Below are positions 1-12,681 of a stretch of 64,000 nt of DNA, piece after piece. Both the position numbers and the translations under genes were made by a program. The first letter of the stretch is position 1, and the number at the start of each line of letters is the position of its first letter. The notes beneath the pieces were generated by a model. The model saw only the letters and a program-made list of their open reading frames with translations, searched no databases and was not told where the DNA came from. Origin of the DNA: Octopus sinensis (taxonomy: Eukaryota); contig NC_043000.1 of NCBI RefSeq assembly GCF_006345805.1, positions 64,294,001-64,358,000 of the forward strand, in the 5' to 3' direction.

Positions 1-35
1 CATGCACACACACACAAAAATATATACATATACAA

Positions 36-83
<48 letters not shown>

Positions 84-173
84 TTATACACATATATATA
101 CACACATATATACACACACACATATATATATACACATATGCACATACATATATATATACACATATATATATAC

Positions 174-217
<44 letters not shown>

Positions 218-535
218 ACATATATATATATATACACATATATATATACATATACATATATATACACATATACATATACATATATATACACATATATATA
301 TACATATACATATATATATACATATATATACAAATACAGATAAGAGGAAAAAATCTATCAGAAAGGAACTCTAATCTTTTGATAAGCATAACAAATGCGC
401 AACCGGTAAAGAGAACTTTCACCTAATTAAATTACTTAAATTATTTTGTCAGCATTTTCTTCATTCCTTTTTATACATATACATATATATACATATACAC
501 ACACACACATACATACATATATATATATATATATA

Positions 536-576
<41 letters not shown>

Positions 577-769
577 GTATACATATACATACATATATAT
601 ATATATACGCATACATATATATATACATATATATATGCATACATATACATATACATATACACATATATATACATATATACATATACACATATATATACAT
701 ATACACATATATACATATACACATATATATACATATATACATATTCACACATATATATATACACACGTA
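1..769. repeat. Compound (TA)n/(CA)n/(TACA)n microsatellite, with a short unique island at about 335-470
   Basis: Directly visible low-complexity sequence. Confidence 0.95.
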
Positions 770-771
770 TA

Positions 772-1227
772 CCGTAAATCTTTGAGTATAGTCTGCCCTT
801 GAGTATAATATGCAGAGGATTGGGGGGGGGGAGGTCTGTACCCCTGAAAACCTAAACCTTGTGTATAATATGCACCGCTTCTCTAACTTGAGTCGTGCGT
901 AATTAAGCCAACAGCATCTAGTTGAACAAACACTTCCGCACATGCGTAACACAATAATGGTGATGTTCTTAACTGTTATATGGGAATGTAAATATGTTTG
1001 CAAATTGTTTTTGTTATATGTTATTCTGTGTTCTGAATAATTTTAATAAATGTTGCTTACTGCAAGTTATGGGTGATTCTTTTATGACTCATTGCTGGAC
1101 AGCAAATAGAGACTCGGACATTGCTTAGAAAATATTTTTCATTTTTAACTTCGTATATAGTACGCACTAGGGATTTTGACCTTTAAATTTTTGGAAAAAA
1201 ATGTGGATTATACTTGAGGATTTACGG
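772..1227. mobile_element. Non-autonomous Tc1/mariner-superfamily MITE (Tc2/pogo-like, CCGTA termini)
   Basis: About 24-bp imperfect TIRs (CCGTAAATCTTTGAGTATAGTCTGC vs CCGTAAATCCTCAAGTATAATCCAC), TA on both sides. A solo end of the same family lies inverted at 4320-4385. Confidence 0.8.
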
Positions 1228-1229
1228 TA

Positions 1230-1819
1230 CATATATGTATACACACACACACACACATATATATATATACATGTATATATGCATATAAATATATACATAT
1301 ATATACATAGATATATACATATACATACATATATATACATATACATACATATATATACATATATATACACATATATATATACATATACATATATATACAA
1401 ATACACACACACACACACATATATACATATATGTATACATATACACATATATACAAATACACACACACATATATATATATATACATATTCATATATACAT
1501 ATATATATATATATACATATTCATATATTCATATATACATATATATATACATACATATTCATATATTCATATATACATATATATATATATACATATACAT
1601 ATTCATATATACACATATATATATATATTACATATTCATATATACATATATATTATATATATATATATATACATATACATATTCATATATATATATATAT
1701 ATATATATACATATTCATATATCATATATACATATATATATACATATTCATATATACACATATATATATATACATATATACATATTCATATATACATATA
1801 TATATATATATACATATTC

Positions 1820-1871
<52 letters not shown>

Positions 1872-1884
1872 TATATATACATAA
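1230..1884. repeat. Compound TA/CA microsatellite with CATATTCATATATAC sub-units
   Basis: Directly visible. Confidence 0.95.
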
Positions 1885-1885
1885 C

Positions 1886-2320
1886 GTTATATAATTAGGG
1901 TTCAGTAAATAATTTACTTTACCACACACCAAACTTTTAGAAATAGCAGCCAAAAAATCTTAGCTAATTCTTCTACTATAAGAAAAGTCTCCTAGACAAT
2001 GTATACTCAAAAATACTCATCAGACGGGTATGTTCGATTTTTAGTGCTCTCAAATCCAAATCCAGAGAAATCTTGAGCTGACGAAGGAAATGTTGATCTT
2101 TATATTCAACTAATCCAGAAACGGCCATTCTCAAGTAATTCGATGTACGTGTGATCTTTCGTTATTTTTCCCTCTATACCTACATGAATTATTTTTGAGT
2201 ATACATTGTCTAGGAGACTTTTCTTATGGTAGAAGAAATAGCTAAGATTTTTTGGCTGCTATTTCTAAAAGTTCGGTGTGTGGTAAAGTAAATTATTTTA
2301 CTGAACCCTAATTATATAAC
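1886..2320. mobile_element. Foldback element with about 130-bp inverted arms and a 174-nt loop
   Basis: Arms 1886-2015 and 2190-2320 differ at 4 positions (1 indel, 3 substitutions). Confidence 0.9.
2072..2135 (+). ncRNA. Minimal type-I hammerhead-ribozyme-like motif (probably degenerate)
   Basis: Stem I CTTGAG/CTCAAG; core CTGACGA (2078-2084); stem II GGA..GTTGA/TCAAC..TCC; GAAA (2118-2121); short stem III with palindromic GGCC loop; UH site TT (2128-2129). Two deviations from consensus: an A.A pair closing stem II and a C.A pair in stem III. Confidence 0.6.
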
Positions 2321-2463
2321 ATAATGTTTTAAATATACCGTAAATGGTCTTTTTACATACTAAACACTACTTGGTAAAATTAATTAATAATTAATTAATT
2401 TTACCCTTTTATTATTGATTTATATATATACATATGTATACATATATACATACATACATATAT

Positions 2464-2499
<36 letters not shown>

Positions 2500-2513
2500 G
2501 ATATATATATATA

Positions 2514-2896
2514 CTCTTTTTACTCTTTTACTTGTTTCAGTCATTTGACTGCGGCTATGCTGGAGCACTGCCTTTAGTCGAGCAAATCGGGACTTATTCT
2601 TTGTAAGCCCAGTACTTATTCTATCGGTCTCTTTTGCCGAACCGCTATGTGACGGAGATGTAAACACACCAGCATCGGTTGTCAAGCAATGCTAGGGGGA
2701 CAAACACAGACACACACATACATATATATATACATATATACGACAGGCTTCTTTCAGTTTCCGTCTACCAAATCCACTCACAAGGCATTGGTCGGCCCGG
2801 GGCTATAGCAGAAGACACTTGCCCAAGATGCCACGCAGTGGGATTGAACCTGGAACCATGTGGTTGGTTAGGAAGCTACTTACCACACAGCCACTC
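2514..2896 (-). mobile_element. tRNA-derived SINE (octopus OR/OK-like family A) with CORE-like segment, internal microsatellite and (GAGTAAAA)n tail
   Basis: A box TGGCTGTGTGG, B-box-like GGTTCAATCC, GGCATCTTGGGCAAGTG CORE-like block. Many related copies in the window. Confidence 0.85.
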
Positions 2897-2912
2897 ATAT
2901 ATATATATTCAC

Positions 2913-2984
<72 letters not shown>

Positions 2985-3250
2985 ACATATATTAATAGTT
3001 ATCGCCAAGCTAATATGGCAGTCCAGAAATATAGGACGAATGCTGCCGTTGATTAGCTCCAAGAGGTCATTGCCTCAAGCTAGCTATGTGACACACAAAC
3101 CTGTGTCCATAATAACCTTCAAACAGGGGAGGTCAGCCGCTTCCCCTTGCTGGTCAGGCATCTGCAGACTAGTTTCAGATCAGTCGAACCCAGCAGATGT
3201 TCGAAGGATTATTTTCCTAAATTCAATGGAATACATCCATATATATACAT

Positions 3251-3617
3251 TGCTTTTCAACCACATGGTTCTGGGTTCAGTCCCATTGCATGGCACCTCA
3301 GGCAAGTGTCTTCTACTATAGCCTTGGGCCAACCAAAGCCTTGTTAGTGGATTTGGTAGACAGAAACTGAAAGAACCCTATCATATGTATGTGTGTATGT
3401 TTGTGCATTTGTGTTTATCCTTCACTATCACTTGAATACTGGTGTTGGTGTGTTTATATCCTTGTAACTTAGTGGTTTGGCAACAGAGTCTGATAGAATA
3501 AGTACCAGAATTAAAAAGAAAATAAGTACTGGAGTCAATTAGTTTGAGCAAAATTTCTCAAGGTGGAGCCCCAGCATGGCCAGAGTCTAATGACTGAAAC
3601 AAGTAAAAGATGAAAGA
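3251..3617 (+). mobile_element. SINE family A, older copy
   Basis: Same head/body/tail architecture, diverged. Confidence 0.8.
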
Positions 3618-4155
3618 ATAGGGTTTATTTTTTTTTTCTCTTGAGATGGTATCTTTCATTTATGATAAACACTTGCTTCAGGCACTGAACAAGTTAATGA
3701 GAAGTCAATACAAAAATACAACAAGACGCCTTGTGGTAATCTGATTAACATAGAGAGTAGTATGGTAGTTACTTGTCATATAACTTTTCGACACTCTTCT
3801 TTTTCATAAGGGTTAGTGCACAGCATAAGAAATGTTGGCAATAACATTTTAGAAAAACCATTTTGCCATTAGGCCCTATTTGTGGTAAGGTTAGCAACTT
3901 CATTGAACCTGATATTGAAACTACCAAACATGCTACAGATCAACAGTTTCCATAATAGATAGTAACTCATAAATGAAACAAAGCAAGATTAATACAGAAC
4001 AGAGGTCAGTAACAGGGGGACACTGAGGTATTCTTTGTGGGCATCAAACCTTTTCTAAAATTTATTCAAATTTAATGTATTTATGAGCCATTGAGCAGCT
4101 GATAGCTTTATAAAGTCTTTTGTGCAACAAAGCATTGAATTTTTGCTTACATAAA

Positions 4156-4385
4156 GGTGCAGGAGTGGCTGTGTGTTAAGTAGCTTGCTTACCGACCACA
4201 TGGTTCCGAGTTCAGTCCCACTGTGTGGCGCCTTGGACAAGTGTCTTCTATTATAGCCTCAGGCTGACCAAAGCCTTGTGAATGGATTTAGTAGACAGAA
4301 ACTGAGAGAAGCCCTCATACCGTAAATCCTCGAGTATAATCTGCATTTTTTCCCCAAAATTTAAAGGTCAAAATCCCTAGTGCAT
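4156..4385 (+). mobile_element. SINE family A head (4156-4317) abutting a solo end of the Tc2-like MITE (4320-4385)
   Basis: SINE A/B boxes are followed by TA and CCGTAAATCCTCGAGTATAATC, matching the right end of 772-1227 in reverse. Confidence 0.75.
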
Positions 4386-5265
4386 AGTATAGTGTGTAGG
4401 TGTGAGAAGCATTTAAAACAGCCATATCTGGCCAAGATATTCTACCTGCTTTACTGTTCAAACTGGCCTGAATGAGCTTCTCACACCTACCCTATAACAT
4501 CACCCTAAAAATAAACAATCTCATCATCAAAATCTCAAATTTATGAGGTAATGCATAATTAATTCAAACGATCTGATAAAATATGCATAATATTTCACAG
4601 ATAAACAGTGCAAGCACGGTTTTATCTTGATTAGGGCACAATATAAATTGTGACAAAAATTGAAATCACTATCACCTCTCATTCATATCCAGCAAACTGT
4701 AATAAATTATAAATTGATATTAATATTTTATAAAATCATAATACATTGATATATATATATATGTGTGTGTGCATACAACACACACACACACACGACTGAA
4801 TGAACAAATGAAAGTGACACTCAAAATATCTAGAGTTATCTATATACGAATAGAACACATTTTTCTTAAGGAGAAGTATAGTTGATGGAACTGATACCAT
4901 TATATTACTAGAAATTATCTTATCAATTCTAAAGAGATAAAATATAAAGCTGACTATGACAGAATTTGAACTCAGAAACTAAAGAAATAAAACTAAATAC
5001 TGAAATGCAATTAATCCAATACTGTTTTGGGTTTCAACACAATTACTAGCATCCTACTAAAAACAAAAATGTTGGCACAAGGGTGGTTTTGTAGGTACTA
5101 ATGCCTCGAGTAGCTGAAATGTAAAAATGATTATTTAGTTGTTACATATTAGTAAGTTAAAGCCAAAGAAGAAAAAAAAAGCATAAAACAAAGGTTTTTC
5201 AACTAGGGGTGTCCATACCTCTTGAGTGTATGGAAATCAAAAGCTGGGAGTATATATATTCATAT

Positions 5266-5322
<57 letters not shown>

Positions 5323-6278
5323 TATACATATAATCTCTCAATCTTTAGTATCATTTTCTATAAATAAATACAAAATCCTTATAATTCCCTTTCTTGTTCT
5401 GTTCCTGGTTATCCATGTTAAGTAAAACCAAGCTATTCATCTTTTGGAACTAATCTGACATGTAATAGGACTAGAGATGATGATGATTTCAGTAGTCTGG
5501 CAATGAGGATATAGGGGCATATTGGACAAGTTTCGATGGGTTTGGAACCATAAAAAGGTCAAGAACCTCTGGCAAAGTGACAACAAAGTTAGTATAAAAT
5601 ATGACAAATTGTAAGCCAAATATATATCTTGAAACACATCAAATTTCTCCACCCATGTCATATAAAGTAATTAAATTGAAATACAAAAATAAACAAATAA
5701 TAATTGTAAAAATAATGTTAATTTGAAAGTTACTTTGAAGAGGTTTTTAATTTTTTGTAGTAAATCTCAAACATAATTTATGACAAAAAGGAAAAGAATA
5801 TTTTTGTAAATACATTGCTGCAAATAGTGTTTATATATTTACTAGGTAAAAGTAAAAGCTTGATAAATAAAGTAGGTGAGTAGAAGACATTTACAATTAA
5901 ACTGATTTAGAGAATCAATTAAAAAATAGAGAATGCCAACATTCCATTAATTTACCATATTTAGTAGTATGCTAGTTCAAATTGATATTTAAGCTGTTGT
6001 TAACATATTTAATATAAGGAGCATTAAAAATCTAACTAGAAAATAATTAGGTTGTGAGGAAAAAAGACATTATTAGTTAATGACTAAAATTATTTTATTT
6101 ATTTTGCTATAAGTCCAAAAGACAAATCAAAATGTTTTGGTCTCATCATTGAATCAACTGCAGTGATGGAAGATTCACTATGTAAATGTATAAGATTGCA
6201 TAAGCCTTGTGAGTGGATTTGGTAGATGGAAACTGAAAGAAGCTGTTGTGTGTATATATAAATATATATATATATATA

Positions 6279-8583
6279 CATAGCATTGCCTTAGTAGCAC
6301 AAGAAAAAACTTTCGAGCGAGGTTGTTGCCAGTGCTGCTGGACTGGCTCCTGTGCAGGTGGCATGTAAAAAACACCATTTGAGTATGGCCGTTGCCAGTT
6401 ACTGCCTGACTGGCCCTCATGCTGGTGGCACGTAAAAGCACCTACTACACTCTCGGAGTGGCTGGTGTTAGGAAGGGCATCCAGATGTAGAAACTCTGCC
6501 AGATCAGATTGGAGCCTGGTGCAGCCATCTGGTTCGCCAGTCCTCAGTCAACTCGTCCAACCCATACCAGCATGGAAAGCGAACATTAAACGATGATGAT
6601 GATGCACATGTGGTTGGCAATTATAAGTAAGTTACTTTCTAAGCAAATTAATATTTGTTTAATATGACATGATTTTGGACAGAGTAACTGCAGCTACATT
6701 TAAAATCAAAATAAACATAATTTAATGGTTTATCAATTTTATATCATAATAAAATTGGAATTTGGAATTATTTTAGTCCATGTTATTAACTGAATTTGCT
6801 TCTCTCAGCACAGTGAAAATAACTGAGTTCATGTAACAGAAAGCTACTTAAAGAAATCTTTGGTTGGATATAGTTTTGTATTACCTCGATTAAAAGGTGA
6901 TATAAAAGGCCCAAAGCAAACAGTTTAATAATAGAAATAGTATTAGTAGTAATAACAGAATGGTAGCAGTAGTGATAAAAACAGCAACACGTGCAGTAGT
7001 TTTAGAGTTTACACAAGAATACAAGGAAAAGGTAAAGTAATATTACAAAGAAATATGTAAAAAGTAAACAGGTTGTTTAAAACAGTAAAATATTATTTGG
7101 AAAGGTAAGTATATGCATTATTGTATATAGTATAAATGCATGAGAGTTTACATACGTGTATGTGTGTATTGGTACTTTAGTAATTATCAGGTTGTCAGCT
7201 TTGAATAATTTAATGAGTTGAGTCAGCCACAAATTTTGTTTGCATTTTTAACAAGTAACCTAAGGAGGCAAGCTGGTAGAATTCTTAGCTCAGAAGCTAC
7301 TGCCCTTGTTCCAAAATTTGAAATCATTTTAATAAATAACCTCCTACCATTGTCATTGGCAGTTTTATGATATATATATATATATTTATACACATATATA
7401 CATATGTCTGTGTGTGTATATATAATATATATATATATATACATAGCATTGCCTTAGTAGCACAAGAAAAAACTTTCGAGCGAGGTTGTTGCCAGTGCTG
7501 CTGGACTGGCTCCTGTGCAGGTGGCATGTAAAAAACACCATTTGAGTATGGCCGTTGCCAGTTACTGCCTGACTGGCCCTCATGCTGGTGGCACGTAAAA
7601 GCACCTACTACACTCTCGGAGTGGCTGGTGTTAGGAAGGGCATCCAGATGTAGAAACTCTGCCAGATCAGATTGGAGCCTGGTGCAGCCATCTGGTTCGC
7701 CAGTCCTCAGTCAACTCGTCCAACCCATACCAGCATGGAAAGCGAACATTAAACGATGATGATGATGCACATGTGGTTGGCAATTATAAGTAAGTTACTT
7801 TCTAAGCAAATTAATATTTGTTTAATATGACATGATTTTGGACAGAGTAACTGCAGCTACATTTAAAATCAAAATAAACATAATTTAATGGTTTATCAAT
7901 TTTATATCATAATAAAATTGGAATTTGGAATTATTTTAGTCCATGTTATTAACTGAATTTGCTTCTCTCTGCTTCTCTCAGCACAGTGAAAATAACTGAG
8001 TTCATGTAACAGAAAGCTACTTAAAGAAATCTTTGGTTGGATATAGTTTTGTATTACCTCGATTAAAAGGTGATATAAAAGGCCCAAAGCAAACAGTTTA
8101 ATAATAGAAATAGTATTAGTAGTAATAACAGAATGGTAGCAGTAGTGATAAAAACAGCAACACGTGCAGTAGTTTTAGAGTTTACACAAGAATACAAGGA
8201 AAAGGTAAAGTAATATTACAAAGAAATATGTAAAAAGTAAACAGGTTGTTTAAAACAGTAAAATATTATTTGGAAAGGTAAGTATATGCATTATTGTATA
8301 TAGTATAAATGCATGAGAGTTTACATACGTGTATGTGTGTATTGGTACTTTAGTAATTATCAGGTTGTCAGCTTTGAATAATTTAATGAGTTGAGTCAGC
8401 CACAAATTTTGTTTGCATTTTTAACAAGTAACCTAAGGAGGCAAGCTGGTAGAATTCTTAGCTCAGAAGCTACTGCCCTTGTTCCAAAATTTGAAATCAT
8501 TTTAATAAATAACCTCCTACCATTGTCATTGGCAGTTTTATGATATATATATATATATATTTATACACATATATACATATGTC

Positions 8584-8594
<11 letters not shown>
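6279..8594. repeat. Near-identical tandem duplication (period about 1163-1174 bp)
   Basis: 6279-7420 is repeated at 7442-8594. Differences are limited to a 10-nt CTGCTTCTCT duplication and TA-run lengths. Confidence 0.95.
6312..6605 (+). mobile_element. RTE-clade LINE 3'UTR fragment with (GAT)n tail (duplicated at about 7475-7768)
   Basis: Same 3'UTR sequence as the RTE elements at 44097-46088 and 63418-64000. Confidence 0.8.
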
Positions 8595-8663
<69 letters not shown>

Positions 8664-8799
8664 CTAAGAGAGAGGGGTGGTTGAGTGAATCCTGATGAAA
8701 TGATAAATAACTGAATGAATGATAAAGTTGGTTCAATCATTAGCCTAAGATGCCAAAAAGACCTTTGCAGTCTAATTTCAGAGTGAAACTAAAAATATA

Positions 8800-9579
8800 C
8801 ATGAGGAAACATTTATAGGCTGACTTTGAAGGAGTGATGCCAGAGCTGTGAAATCTTGCATGCAATAATTTCAACTCTTCTTATTAATAACTTCAGTTTT
8901 TTTGCAGATAAACTGACATTTGACTGTTCAAAGAAGACTTCAAAAATAACTAGTAGCAACTTCTCTTGAAAATAGAGAAAATTTGGCAATCTTGGTGTGA
9001 TCAAGTATCTAAAGAAAAAGGGTTTAGCTGCCAACAAAATCCATGCTGACATGGTTGTTACATTAGGCAATGACATTCTAGCTTTATCAACAATGCAAAA
9101 GTGAACAGCTGAATTTAGGAGGGTAGGAGAAAGTCTTGAAGATGACCCTGGGTCAGGACATCCTACAACTGCTACCACTAGGAAAACATTGTTATGTTCA
9201 TCACATGGTAATGGATGACAAGCAACTGATTATAAATCAAACAGCCAATGCTACTGGTATATCCTGTGAGAGAGTTGAGAATATTCTGCACAATGAATTG
9301 GCATGATGAAGGCTGGTCATGTCAAGGAGAAACCTGACATTGTTTGAAAAAACACTTGGTTGGAAACCAGTATCACAGTGACGGAGATATCATATCTGCT
9401 GTTGATGACATTTTCAACCAACTGGATGACAGCTTCTTCACCAATGGTATCAAAGCACTGCAAGACCAATGGAAGAAGTGTGTGGACTGCAAAAGGAACT
9501 ATGTTGAAAAATAAACCACTTTTGGTCACATTTCATGAGAGTATCTTGGTCAGCCTATGAACTTTTCAGTCAACCCTTG
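8800..9579 (+). mobile_element. Internally deleted mariner element
   Basis: TA flanks. Degenerate TIRs sharing ATAGGCTGAC. HTH-region translation (GVIKYLKKKGL..KWTAEFRRGRESLEDDPGSGHP) is joined directly to the C-terminus (KKHLVGNQY..GIKALQDQWKKCVDCKRNYVEK*). The DD34D core is missing. Confidence 0.88.
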
Positions 9580-10782
9580 TATAAATGACCTAGTTCATTT
9601 ATTTGATTTTATATCTACTTCCAAGCTAACATGTGTTAGAAGGAATCTGAAAGAAGTTCATTGTGTGTGTGTGTTTGTTTTGTGTCTGTCTTTGTCTCCC
9701 TACCACTGATTGACAACTGGTATTGGTGTGTTTATGTACCCATAACTTAGTGTTTCAGCAAAAGAGACTGATAGAATAAGTAGCAGGCTTTAAAAAAATA
9801 AGTATTGGGTTGACTCATTCAACTAAAAATTCTTCAAGGTCATGCCCCAACATGGCCACAGTCTAATGACTGAAATTAGTAAAAGATAAAAGGGGAATAA
9901 TAATATCATCACTTGTAGTTTAGTGAGTTTTGGTGAAGCACAAATGTGAACAAACACATACATATGATGGGATTCTTTCAGTTTCTATCTTCCAAATCCA
10001 TGCACAATGCATTGGTTATCATCCTCATTGTTTAACATCAATTTTCCATGCTGGCATGGGTTTGATAGTTTAACAGGAGCTGACCAGGCTCCAATTGTCT
10101 GTTTTGGCATGGTTTCTATGGCCGGATACCCTTCCTAAAGCCAACCACTTTACAGAGTGTGCTGGGTGCCTTTTACATGACACCAGCAAGAGTGCATTTT
10201 GCAGGGCATGAGTATATATATATATAATATATATATATATACACACATACACACAAGTGCATGAGGTCAAAGGCTGAGAAAGGCAAAGAGGAAAACAAAC
10301 CCAATGTAGAACTTAACAATTCCAGTAAATATGAAATCAGGAAGGAACTGTCTCCATCATACAAAACTTGCTGTATATTTATTTTTCATAACTATATACT
10401 AAGTAATTATGGTCTGGCCATCAACTTATATCATTATGCAAATGAGTTGCTTCATTTACCAGTTTTGTTTGCATTTTCATCTTGATCTTTTATCTTTTAA
10501 CTTTTACTTGTTTCAGTCATTGGACTGCAGTCATCCTGGGACACCACCTAGGAGGGAGTCAAACAAGTTGACCCTTGGACTTCTTTTTTTTAAGCCTAAT
10601 ACTTATTCTATCGGTCTCCTTTGTTGAACCACTAAGTTATAGGGATGCAAACACAACAACACCAGTTGCCAAGCAGTGGTGGGGGACAAACACAGACACA
10701 AAGACACACACACACATCATCACATCATTTAACGTCAACTTTCCATATTGGCATGGGTTGGACAATTATATATATATATATG

Positions 10783-11105
10783 TTAGTTAGTTAGTTAGTT
10801 AATTTGGCTCAAAAGCAAATAGCAAGGCCATGTAGGGGGACATGGAGTTAAGTACAGGGTGGTGTTCATGTAAAGAGTTCAGGCCACTTGAGGTCCAGGG
10901 AGGCTTTGAACAAAGCGGTCGTCGGCATCTTCACCATCTCGTCTGGCAGCTTGTTCCACGGATCCGCAACGCGGACGGAGAAAGCTCCTCTCCTTCCATT
11001 GAGATGAAATCGTCGCAGGTAGAGCTTTTCGGAATGACCCCGCAGCCGACGCTCTGGAGCAAGAGTGAAGAACAGCTCTTTCGAGAGGTTACACTTTCCG
11101 CTTAT
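10783..11105 (-). mobile_element. CR1-clade LINE 3' end (5'-truncated, young) with (AACT)n tail
   Basis: ORF2 C-terminus LRGHSEKL..RRGAFSVRVADPWNKLPDEMV..FKASLD. CpG-rich. Inserted in a TA repeat. Confidence 0.88.
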
Positions 11106-11808
11106 AATATATATACACACACACACACACATACATACATACAATGGGCTTCTTTTAGTTTCTGTTTACTAAATCCACTCACAAGGCTTTGGTTGGACCA
11201 AGGCTATAGTAGAAGACACATGCCCAGAGTGCCACACTTATGCCTACTTGTGCCTATGTGTAATTTCTGCTGCTATCGTTGGTAATTAGAGAGGAAGAGG
11301 TGAGTGAATCTTGCTGGGTTGTTAAATAAGAATGAAACATGATTTGTTTAAATCTTCATTCCAAGCTAGCAAAACTTAGAACATATGGATGAGTCAGTGT
11401 GTTTATTTGGTCATAACACATACTGTACTAGTACTTTAACAATTATTGTCAGTGCATCAACATTCTACTATTATGCAAACGAGCTGTGCCAGTAGTTTGA
11501 GAGAGAGAGAGAGAGAGAGAGAGGTCAATGAAACCTAATGAGTTGTTTAATAATAAAATCAGTCAGTTCAATTCCCATCCTAAAAACCCAAAGTGGAACT
11601 TTGTAGCCCTAATTTCCACATATTTATTCATAACGTCACTGTATCATTAGTATTCTGGTGTACATCTAGCATGTGAGTACATGTGTGTGTGTATATATAT
11701 AAAAATTATATATTATACTAATTATATATATTATTTGTTATTTATGTATTGGTTTATGTCTATCACTGTTTGAGTTGCATAATAGTGGTTTTTATCTCTA
11801 ATTCATAT

Positions 11809-11839
<31 letters not shown>

Positions 11840-11956
11840 TATATATATATAGACATGTACATATACATATGTATGTGTGTGTGTGTTAGTGGTAATGAAC
11901 TGAGGTAAGTACTAATAGCAGGGCAGGAGTTGGGTATAAATATTTAATATATAAAT

Positions 11957-12138
11957 AATTATGGTCAAAGTCTCAATACAATACCCTGGGTTTCCTGTTA
12001 GTGGAGTTGGTCTACTGTCATTCTTTCAGTTGACAAAAAGACTAATAATTAGACCTTTTGTTAACAAAGGATGTCAATGAACCAACTCCACTGACTCAGA
12101 AATCCAGGGTATTGATGATGAGATCTTGACTGCAATTT
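11957..12138. repeat. Degenerate palindromic (hairpin) element
   Basis: CAATACCCTGGGTTTC/GAAATCCAGGGTATTG, TTAGTGGAGTTGGT/ACCAACTCCACTGA and further paired blocks around an 11-15 nt centre. Confidence 0.7.
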
Positions 12139-12462
12139 ACATTATATATATATATATAATGTGTGTGTGTGTGTGTATACACACACACACAAATACACTG
12201 TAAATGGTAAATGAATTATAAAATAACCATATATGTGTTCGTGCATGTGGTGTGTGTGTGTGTATATGTATGTGTGTTTATATGTGTCCACATACCCGCA
12301 GCAACTTTGGTAGTGACCCAACAGTAACTTTTAGTTTACTTACCTTACAGAATTCCACTGTTTGTCTAGGGTTCAATTCCGCCTATAAGTGGCAATCGTA
12401 AGACCAAAATGAATTTAGTAATAAGCATGCAGCCAAACCCGAAATATAAACATACAAGTTAA

Positions 12463-12681
12463 CCCTTTAGCATTTAAACTGGTATATCTGATCCAAATAT
12501 TCTTTATGTTTTATGTTCAAACTGGTCAGATGCAGCCTCTCATACATACCCTATAATGTTATTCTAAAAATAAACAGTCACATCATCAACATCGTGAAGC
12601 TACAAGATAATGCACGACTAATTCAAAACAATGTGAATAAATAAGCATTACATCTGACAGAGTATTCTGCATGCTAAAGGG
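12463..12681. mobile_element. piggyBac-type MITE (219 bp)
   Basis: TTAA|CCCTTTAGCAT...ATGCTAAAGGG|TTAA. Related copies at about 4405-4600 and 17067-17569 (the latter interrupted by an RTE 3' fragment). Confidence 0.88.

Noticed and set aside
2-1884. Many YI/HT/YM-repeat ORFs here and at 59581-63254
   Set aside because: They are translations of TA/CA microsatellites that lack stops, with no coding signal.
2016-2023. Second CTGATGAG on the minus strand at the arm/loop boundary of the foldback
   Set aside because: No correctly placed GAAA after a stem II.
10261-10485. 74-aa K/E-rich plus-strand ORF
   Set aside because: No recognisable homology, no splice support, and it lies among repeats.
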